From the NCBI GenBank assembly GCA_002269645.1, contig NIVC01000495.1, positions 62,001 to 126,000 of the forward strand: DNA of 64,000 nucleotides, written 5' to 3'. Position numbers and translations under genes: made by a program. The number at the start of each line of letters is the position of its first letter. Position 1 is the stretch's first letter. Of this stretch, positions 11,885-21,688 are shown in pieces. This DNA comes from Macrostomum lignano. Lineage: Eukaryota. Under the pieces are notes generated by a model that saw nothing but the letters and a program-made list of their open reading frames with translations, made no database searches and had not been told where the DNA came from.

Positions 11885-12715
11885 ATGGCGTCATCCGCCT
11901 CTTTCAACCCCGCTGAAGCCGGGGCCCCGGCAACTCCGGCCGGTGACTCTGGCACGAGCGCCGCCCCACTGGGGGCAGATGGGCTTGCCGCCGGCTCGGC
12001 CGGTGACATGCCCGCACGCGCAACCGGGCCCTCCGCTGAAGCCCGACGCGCCCGCAACCAACGCCGCAACGAGCGGCGACGGCGACTGCGGGCCGACCAC
12101 CGGCGGAGGGGGAACCTAGGGAGGACGAGGCTGCTGTTGGCCCGAAAGGAGCCACAGCAACCCCTGCCCCCAAGGATACAACCCCCGCTGGTGAGCTGGG
12201 AAACCGCCGCACTAATTACGCCTCAAAGGTCAAGCTCCAACCGGCGGTCATCGTCTTCGGGGAAGAGCAAGACCTCACGGCCGACGAGCTCGACAGTGCC
12301 TGGCGCACCATCGATGCTGCGCTCATCGACCAGCTCCTGGCGGGCCGCCCTGTGAGCGTGGTCAAGTCCGCCAAGACCGACGGCTGCATCTTCATCTGGT
12401 GCAGCTCGGAGGAGAGCAGCCGCAGTCTACGCGAGCTTCTGCCAAAGCTGAACTGGCCCAAGAAGCTCGGCAAGCTCGTCTTCGCCAGCGCTTTCGCGTC
12501 TGGATCCCGGCCGGCAGTGCCATTAAGTCCGGAGATCAGCTTAGGCAAATATTGCTAAAGCTGCACCCTGACCTTGAGGTCAACGGGCTCCTACACCACG
12601 CCACTTCCCGCAAGGAGAAGGGGGCTACGGTGATCCTAGGGCTCTCTAATGACTGGGCTGAGCACTTGCCGCCTAAGTCCACAATCCATATTGAAGGCTC
12701 TTCATATTGCTTGTT
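11885..12715 (+). pseudogene. Non-LTR retrotransposon ORF1 fragment (R1/LOA-like, DUF4780-like) (cargo)
   Basis: Ala/Gly- then Arg-rich N-terminus. Frameshifted blocks follow: KLQPAVIVFGEE...LDSAWRTID...KTDGCIFIWC and LRQILLKLHPDL...GATVILGLS. These are homologous by eye to the LINE relic at 61600-62721. Confidence 0.6.
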
Positions 12716-13282
12716 CTGGTTCTAGAACCAGAACCAATTTGTAAAGTATAACTTTTTGTCTCCTAAACTAGAGGGATATTAGTGCTTTAAAATTGTGATT
12801 ATTAAATGGCAATAGCCAAGAAGAAAGTGAAAAATAGTGCGAATTGAGGCTGTTAAGGCAGTCAAACATTCAACAAAGTTAAATAGTTATACTGCTTTTT
12901 TTCTTGGAAATCCGAACCGATTCTGGTTCGAGAATCGATTGCCGTGAAGAGGCTCTTGGTCTGACTCAGCTGACCATCCTCCGTTGCGAGGAGCGGAAAG
13001 CTGATGAAGCCAAGAATGCCAAGGCTTCCGAAACCGGAACTGGGGCCTAGGCTCCTCCGGCAAAGAAGCCGAGGCAAACGGCCGATCCTATGCCTGGTAG
13101 GGCAGTTCGCGCTGCTGAAACCGGAAATCGCAATCGCAGACCCGCCAGGAGCACCCGGAGGTCCGGCCTGATCCAGCGCGCGCTGGACCAGGCCAAGAAC
13201 CTTCGGGCGTATCGTGAGCGGGCCCGCGCTTCTCGCGCTTCACCCCAACAGCCAGAAGGACAGGCTGTAAGCTATCGAAGAT

Positions 13283-13545
13283 ATCGAAGATGCTGTTCTT
13301 GATCTCGTCGTTGTCAGGTTTGCTGTAGTTGCAGCGCTTCACGAGCTGGCGTAGAGAACCCATGAACTGGTCGAAGTCCTCCGCTTCTCCTTGCATTCTG
13401 GTGCGCAGCTGATAGCTTTCAAATGTCTCGTTGGAGAGAGGCTGGCAGTAGACATCAAACTTCTTGATCAAATCCTCGTACTTTTTCACTTCCGCAGTAG
13501 GAAACGTGGCATAGACATCTTGTCCATCTGGTCCTAGAGCTGTCG
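13283..13545 (-). pseudogene. Ty3/Gypsy gag fragment, antisense to the RT fragment (cargo)
   Basis: ALGPDGQDVYATF...KKYEDLIKKFDVYCQPLSNETFESYQLRTRMQGEAEDFDQFMGSLRQLVKRCNY; this pattern is typical of Gypsy gag N-terminal regions. Confidence 0.8.
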
Positions 13546-15914
13546 CTTCTTGAACATCAACTCAACTCAAACGCCGACAAAAAGCAGCATTCGCAGGTAG
13601 AGGACCTTGCGCTTCGAAAACAGTGTACGCATCGTTAATAAACGCGAGTAAAAAGGGAAAGTGGGTACCGAATTTATTGTGTTACTGTGATTTTAGCGAT
13701 TAAGACGTTGGTATGAAGCAGATTCGTCTCTTTAACTTGGAAAGAAACAGTATCCCTGAAAAAGGAATACATTCTGTCAGTCTTCAGTTTCTAGATAGCC
13801 CAATAACAGGCTAAACTGATGGAAACACAAAAAACACAATTTATTGTGCGTACTGTGCTTCTGGGCATAAAGCTACTCCTAATGAGCATATTGGTCTCTT
13901 TAACTTAGAAAGAAGCAATATCCCGGAGAAAGAAATGCATTCTGTCAGTCTGCAGTTTCTAGTTAGCCCAAGCTAAACTGATGGAAACACAAAAAACACA
14001 TGAAATTGCGCATTTTACATAAAATACATGAAAAATATTGAAAATTGCAGGGTAATATTTTTATTTACAAATCAAGAAAAATTAATAATTCTTGATGTAT
14101 ATTTTTTTAAATATTAATTATGGTTAGGAGAAAAAACAAGAAATAATTTTATGAGTCAACAATGTTATAAATATACAGAATTTTTTAAATTTTTTATAAT
14201 TACAATGAAATCAAATATAAAAATATTTATTGGCTAGTAATATTACATAAAATTACAAGTAATTAAATAGGCTAGTATAGTCAATATTTTTATTGCATGT
14301 TATAGTTATTATTTTATAAAAGTATACTAAGTGCCTGCCTGATATAATTGAATTTATACTTAATGGAAAAGCACTATGGAATCTTAAATAGATATTATGT
14401 TTATAATTTGACTTATTAGAAGAGAAGAAATATTAAAATAGAGGTTTTAACAAGTTGTAAAAAGCATCAAGCCAAGAAATGCCAATTTTATTTTATTGCC
14501 TATACTGATATTAACACTTTGACTGCATGTTTCAAGACGTAATTGAAAAATAAATCTAAAAATATAGGAAGTAAAACAGCATAAAAGGCTTCATTATTAA
14601 GTATGGCCACAAAAATACCACACGGCGTATAAATATAATGTATTTTTTATGCGCAAGTGCGCTGTAACTGCCTGCTGCCACGTTGCGCAATAAAGACTCG
14701 CAGTTCGAAATATTTTTTAATGTTTTCGCTTTGCATTAAAATAAATAGCTTAACAGTCAACACAAAATTGAGTGCAAAAATGCTGATGAAAGTGATAAAA
14801 CTTTAATTTGATAACTTTTTTAATAGGAAAATTTACTATTTTTCGACTCGGGAAACGCACTTAATTTCGTTCACCGCGGAGTTCAGCGGCAGTCATTCAA
14901 CACCGGAATTTAACAAAAAAACGTTCTCCTGCAGTTCAGGAGCAACGCGCAACGCTGAAATTTTATGCGCACGTCGAAATCTGCCTATATTTTGCTTTGA
15001 AATATTGCATGACAGGTTTTCAGCTCTCTGGAAGGATTTATTGGGTTCACCGCCGGTTTCACCCCCCAAAAAATAACAAAAATCGCCCTCCTGATGTCCA
15101 GGGGCAACGCGCAGAGCCAAAAATCTAGGCGCATCTCTAGTTTTACTTGCGCTATCGATTATGTATATTTTTAAGCCTTAAAAATAAAGTTAAAAATCCG
15201 GTGAACCCAAGTGCCGGTGAATTCAGTAGTTAGTCTCCCGCATAGAAAGTGAATCTTAACGATTATCGGGTTCCAAATTTGATTTTTCCGGGAAGTAAAA
15301 CAGTAAAACTAAATTTAGACCTGCCGAACGTATGATTATTCATCAAGACATCTTTGAAAAACTGATAAGTACAAGTCCAGAAGTTTAAATAGTAAAGTAC
15401 GAGTGTAAATACATGTATCCTATATTAGACGTGTAAACATGCAAATTTATTTTTTCAGAAACTATAAAATTCAAGTGGTGAGCCTCTCACCAGCAGAATC
15501 AATCGTTAAATTGATTGATTCATTAGTTAATTGATGCTAAATTTATATACGTGCATATTTTCTGTATATGTAATTAATACATAGTAAGTAGTGATCTAGC
15601 ATGCTGTATATTCCTCAAGACTTGCCGGAGTCGGAATTTCTGTTTGTTTGAATCGACATTGAAAAATAATTGACTTGGAATCGACATTATTTTGATGCTT
15701 ATTCCAGCTGTGGATGCTCGAGTTTAATTGGCATCTGTCTTCAAAGTCCACTAGTGGAGAAATTGAAGTCCTTTGTTATGTGCACCAGCAACTCCCTGCA
15801 ATGTATGCTTGTGTACATGCATGATCTACATGTAAATGAGAGGGCAAATATGGCTGCAAAATTGATTTTAGAAAAGCTAACACAAACCATATGTAGTTTA
15901 AAAAAATTAGGTTG

Positions 15915-16069
15915 GGGTCGCTTCACAAGCTCGAAATTTCACAAACTCGAAAGTGTAAAAGGGTTATAGTTCAATAAAGTACACATGCTTGTTGTACTGA
16001 GCTTCGATGGCTTTTTTGATTTTTTTTAAATTTCGAGGTTGTGAAATTTCGAGCTTGTGAAAGCAACCC
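15915..16069. mobile_element. Small MITE (about 155 bp) with about 40-bp TIRs
   Basis: GGGTCGCTTCACAAGCTCGAAATTTCACAAACTCGAAA versus TTTCGAGGTTGTGAAATTTCGAGCTTGTGAAAGCAACCC; TSD not resolved. Confidence 0.75.
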
Positions 16070-16880
16070 TATTTGGTTGTGTACACTAACACACTGATTT
16101 CCGTGCTAATAACCTCTTGGTACGGCCAATAGTCCGCGTAAGAGAAGCCAAAATTTAATACAATGCAGCAGATAAGCTCGAATAGTGCAAAAAAGGGATT
16201 TCTCCGAACTCCGAAGCTCCGAACCAACTGTGTAACTGAAGCGATTTAAACTCATGGATTTGCATAACATGTAGATTTGGCAAGTTTAACCAGAAATTGT
16301 ACACAAGTTTATCTTTAATATTCAATAAAGCTGCTGACGTCCCTAAGAAAATATACCGTGACAGCTTGAAGCAACGCTAATGTTTTATTCATCATGCAGC
16401 AGATCTCGAGATTGAAGCGGACCCTTCAAACTTGGATTATAGGCCAGATGGCCAGACTGCAGGGTTGGAACTGCGGAGGCCTGACAGATGTTTGATGCAG
16501 GCGCTCCCGGGCCACCCAATCAGGGATGGGCAATGCAAAACTCGCCGCGATATAATGAAGAGAAGCAAATGCAGCAGAGGTAGGAGCAGATTGCGAGCTG
16601 TCGCTGGATAAAAACGCTTGAGCAGCTGCAGCCAATTTCGAGTCAACAATGGAAGCCGACAACAAGTGTGCAGACACCGCCGAGGCCATGGGCTGTGAGT
16701 TGAAAACTTGTCTACTGTTTTATATACTACGAGTATCTAGCCCGAAACTGTCAGGACAAGAAGCGGCCAAATCACCTTGACAGCTGCAATACCCCATTAG
16801 TGAGAACGAGTCCATGTGAATTTGCCAGCCGAGCTTCACCTGCCATCGAAGTTCCAGTTTTGGGATTTCCAAACCCAGGG

Positions 16881-17890
16881 GCAACAGCTACAGAGAGGGG
16901 ATGCCAGCTACAGAGGGGACGCCAGCTACAGAGGGGACGCCAGCTACAGAGGGGATGCCAGCTACAGATGGGAGGCCAGCTACAGAGGGGATGCCAGCTA
17001 CAGAGGGGATGCCAGCTACAGAGGGGATGCCAGCTACAGAGGGGATGCCAGCTACAGAGGGGATGCCAGCTACAGAGGGGATGCCAGCTACAGAGGGGAT
17101 GCCAGCTACAGAGGGGATGCCAGCTACAGAGGGGATGCCAGCTACAGAGGGGATGCCAGCTACAGAGGGGATGCCAGCTACAGAGGGGATGCCAGCTACA
17201 GAGGGGATGCCAGCTACAGATGGGAGGCCAGCTACAGAGGGGATGCCAGCTACAGAGGGGATGCCAGCTACAGAGGGGATGCCAGCTACAGAGGGGATGC
17301 CAGCTACAGAGGGGATGCCAGCTACAGAGGGGATGCCAGCTACAGAGGGGATGCCAGCTACAGAGGGGATGCCAGCTACAGAGGGGATGCCAGCTACAGA
17401 GGGGACGCCAGCTACAGAGGGGACGCCAGCTACAGAGGGGACGCCAGCTACAGAGGGGCGCCAGCTACAGAAAGGGGTTGCCAGCTACCGACGGTATGCC
17501 AGCTACAGAGGAGATGCCAGCTACAGAGGGGACGCCAGCTACAGAGGGGACGCCAGCTACAGAGGGGACGCCAGCTACAGAGGGGATGCCAGCTACAGAG
17601 GGGACGCCAGCTACAGAGGGGACGCCAGCTACAGAGGGGATGCCAGCTACAGAGGGGACGCCAGCTACAGAGGGGACGCCAGCTACAGAGGGGCGCCAGC
17701 TACAGAAAGGGGCTGCCAGCTACCGACGGTATGCCAGCTACAGAGGAGATGCCAGCTACAGAGGGGATGCCAGCTACAGAGGGGATGCCAGCTACAGAGG
17801 GGATGCCAGCTACAGAGGGGATGCCAGCTACAGAGGGGATGCCAGCTACAGAGGGGGTGCCAGCTACAGAGGGGATGCCAGCTACAGAGG
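16881..17890. repeat. 18-bp minisatellite GCCAGCTACAGAGGGGAT, about 56 copies
   Basis: Direct reading; open in three frames (QRGCQL / YRGDAS / MPATEG), so the long ORFs are artefacts. Confidence 0.95.
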
Positions 17891-18359
17891 GGGTTGAGAG
17901 GCGCTTTCAGAATTTTGTACAAACAACTTTTTGTTGAATTTGTGTGCAGAAAGTTTGAAATGGGTTGCCTCATAAAGACTATACTCTTAAATTGCCAAAA
18001 CCAGCGAGGCTGGTTCAGTTCGGCTCAAGCAAAGACAATCGGTGTGTGAGACGGCGAAAATGACTTTGCAGACGAATTGAATCAACCCAGCCAACTCTAA
18101 GGCTGCTCCATTCAGTTGAGCCAATTTCCCGTGCCAATCTCTTGTGAACTCGCTGATACTCGTAGATGCCAGAGGGGGGATTCCCAAACAGCGATTAGCA
18201 TCGCTTGCTCCGGAACTACAGACTGACTCGCTTGCCAATCAAGAGTAAGTAAGGTCAATGTTTGTATGCATTCAGACTGGATGACAACAGCTCACAGTCA
18301 GCTCACTGTTGATGCACACAAACTCCTTGACAGCCTGAGTCAGCTCACGAGTCTACGAC

Positions 18360-19560
18360 ACTTGACTGCCGCAATTTGACTGCCAGTGACATTTGACTGC
18401 CAGTGACATTTGACTGCCAGTGCCATTTGACTGTCAGGGACATTTGACTGCCAGTGACATTTGACTGCCGCATTTTGACTGCCAGCGACATTTGACTGCC
18501 AGTGACAATTGACTGTCAGTGACATTTGACTGCCAGTGACACTTGACTCCCAGTGACATTTGACTGCCAGTGACATTTGACTACCAGTGACATTTGTCTG
18601 CCAGTGACATTTGACTGCCAGTGACATTTTGACTGCCGCAATTTGACAGCCAGTGACATCTGACTGCCAGTGACATTTGACTGCCATTGACATTTGACTG
18701 TCAGTGACATCTGACTCCCAGTGACATTTGACTGCCAGTGACATTTGACTGCCAGTGACATTTGTCTGCCAGTGACATTTGACTGCCAATGACATTTTGA
18801 CTGCCGCAATTTGACAGCCAGTGACATTTGACTGCCAGTGACATTTGACTGCCAGTGACATTTGTCTGCCAGTGACATTTGACTGCCAGTGACATTTTGA
18901 CTGCCGCAATTTGACAGCCAGTGACATCTGACTGCCAGTGACATTTGTCTGCCAGTGACATTTGACTGCCAGTGACATTTGACTGCCAGTGACATTTGAC
19001 TGCCAGTGACATTTGACTGCCAGTGACATTTGACTGCCAGTGATATTTGACTGCCAGTGACATTTGACTGTCAGTGACATTTGACTTCCAGTGACATTTG
19101 ACTGCCAGTGACATTTGACTGCCGCAATTTGACAGCCAGTGACATCTGACTGCCAGTGACATTTGTCTGCCAGTGACATTTGACTGCCAGTGACATTTGA
19201 CTGCCAGTGACATTTGACTGCCAGTGACATTTGACTGCCAGTGACATTTGACTGCCAGTGATATTTGACTGCCAGTGACATTTGACTGTCAGTGACATTT
19301 GACTTCCAGTGACATTTGACTGCCAGTGACATTTGACTGCCGCAATTTGACTGCCAATGACATCTGACTCCCAGTGACATTTGACTGCCAGTGACATTTG
19401 ACTGCCAGTGACATTTGACTGCCAGTGACATTTGACTGCCAGTGACATTTGACTGCCAGTGATATTTGACTGCCAGTGACATTTGACTGTCAGTGACATT
19501 TGACTTCCAGTGACATTTGACTGTCAGTGACATTGGACTGCCAGTGACATTTGACTGCCA
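18360..19560. repeat. 17-bp minisatellite GTGACATTTGACTGCCA, about 70 copies
   Basis: Direct reading. Confidence 0.95.
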
Positions 19561-20924
19561 ATCTAGCCAAGCTCTACAATGTAACTCTAACCAAGGACCA
19601 ACTACTATAATAGTTAAACTAGTCTATAAAGTCCTTGACTCTAACATTAAACTTATACTAATCCCAAACTCTAACCTAAAAACCAAACCATAACCTGAAC
19701 CCTAACTCTAACCCAAAACCCAAACCTAATTTCTGGCGCCACTGCTCAATGGTAGCATAGCAGAAGACTTATTCCTTCCAGCAAAACTTACAAATGACGT
19801 CCCCAAATCAATCCAGACGTGAATCTTGGAACTGTTTTGAAACTCTGCAAGCTTCTGCGCACCTGCATAAGACCGGCTGGCCCGGTAAATATTTGCATTC
19901 TTCCCCTCCAGTCTCCAAGCGCCGATATCTCCATTCGCTAATTCCCATTGCAACCCCATGGCTGCAACTGACACTGGTCGGACAGCCTTCCCAAGGGAAA
20001 GCCGCTTGGGGGATTCGCTTCCGCCCCAGACGCTCCCATTAGGGCGGCCGGCACGAGCTGCACCAGCCAGCAGAAAAACCGGCAGCTGATGTATTGTTGC
20101 CGGGCTGTCATGTCCAGCTGCCAGAATTTCCTTCATCAACTCTCTGGTGCTGGTGCTGCAGCTCTGGAAGAACGGAATGATTGAACGGTGAATAAGATGC
20201 ATTGATTTCCGTTTCCCCGAGCTGTCTCTCAGGTTAATTGTAAATGCATACAGATTACACGGAGCGCTCTGGCCTCAGGGCAACCTGAATGGGGGTTGAA
20301 CAGAGCAGAGCTGATCGAAGAGAGCCTGTATAGGACAGCTAGTATGCCAGTATGCAGGACACGGCAACGTGGGGAAGATAGTCCCACACCTTCAAGAACT
20401 TTTCACAGGGCCTCAGGATGAAGATGCATAAACAAAGTTTCCAGTGAATTTGTCAGAAAAATTCTTGTCAATTATTGACACCTCAGCAGGACACGCGACC
20501 TGAATAAATCATATTCGACTTCGCATGCAGAGGAGCCTCACACAGATTCCCGCCGGAGAATTCTAGGCTCAAGATTGACTCAACTGGAAGCCTGCGAGTC
20601 AAGCAGTGTGTTTGCTCAAGCAGCAAATTTTGTGAGAAGGCGAATCACTTCTCAAATTCTGCGAGCGGCTGCTAGCAACCCGGTCATAAATTATTGAGCG
20701 CGCTGAGGCCAAAGGAATAGAAAAACACGGGACGCTGCCTAGGGTTGCCTGTTGGCCACCTCTTAAAAACGCGACTATGTTTTCATGTTACAACCAATGT
20801 TGCCCTTGCAAGCTGCCTGAATTTATTGAGTCAAACAAAAAATTGAAATATATTCTGCAAGCAAGATCACTAACCCGATTTAACTAATCAAATATCCTTT
20901 CGGAATCACGTCTTCTACTTTGTC

Positions 20925-21645
20925 CAGCTGCTGCTTCTACCACCACTCTCAGCCACCTGCTCTCTACCATCACTCTCATCCACCTGCTCTCTACCGCCAC
21001 TCTCATTTATCTACCCGCTCTCTACCATCACTATCATCTATCTACCCGCTCTCTACCACCACTCTCATCCACCTGCTCTCTACCCCACTCTTATCTATCT
21101 AACCGCTCTCTACAAACACTCCCATCTATCTACCCGCTCTCTAGCACCACTCTCATCTATCTACCGCTCTCTAGCACCACTCTCATCTATCTACCGCTCT
21201 CTAGCACCACTCTCATCTATCTACCGCTCTCTAGCACCACTCTCATCTATCTACCGCTCTCTAGCACCACTCTCATCTACCCGCTCTCTACCGCCACTCT
21301 CATCTACCTCTCTACCTCTCTAACATCACGCTCTCTACCACCACTCTCATTTATCTACCCGCTCTCTACCGCCACTCTCATCTACCCGCTCTCTACCATC
21401 ACTATCATCTATCTACCCGCTCTCTACCGCCTCTCCTACCAATCTACCCGCTCTCTACCGCCTCTCCTACCAATCTACCAGCTCTCTACCGCCTCTCCTA
21501 CCAATCTACCCGCTCTCTACCGCCTCTCCTACCAATCTACCAGCTCTCTACCGCCTCTCCTACCAATCTACCCGCTCTCTACCGCCTCTCCTACCAATCT
21601 ACCCGCTCTCTACCGCCTCTCCTACCAATCTACCAGCTCTCTACG
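20925..21645. repeat. Composite pyrimidine-rich minisatellite (30-bp then 31-bp units) ending just before the PDFR acceptor
   Basis: CTAGCACCAC recurs every 30 bp (21141-21260); TCTCTACCGCCTCTCCTACCAATCTACCCGC recurs every 31 bp (21421-21645). Confidence 0.9.
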
Positions 21646-21688
21646 GACACTCACCGCTGGCACCGCCCCTCCCGCCCCCCAATTCCAG

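Larger units (their letters stand above)
9496..15234. mobile_element. Non-autonomous Mutator/foldback-type element (Pack-MULE-like): 1476-bp inverted arms, 9-bp TSD, 2.8-kb captured cargo
   Basis: Arms 9496-10971 and 13759-15234 are reverse complements of equal length. The identical 75-aa ORFs at 9610+ and 15120- confirm this, and I saw no mismatch in the segments compared by eye. CTCCCGCAT is duplicated at 9487-9495 and 15235-15243. A 9-bp TSD with long TIRs is typical of MULE/foldback elements. No transposase is visible. Confidence 0.9.

Noticed and set aside
9496-15234. Polinton/Maverick, LTR element or assembly foldback interpretation
   Set aside because: No polB or integrase, the repeats are inverted rather than direct, and the TSD is 9 bp. 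An exact TSD plus a unique interior argues against a simple foldback artefact, though reads are needed to exclude it.
19655-19730. Telomere-like CCCTAA stretch
   Set aside because: Only one exact CCCTAA among degenerate AACC(C/T) hexamers; too short and decayed to call an interstitial telomere.
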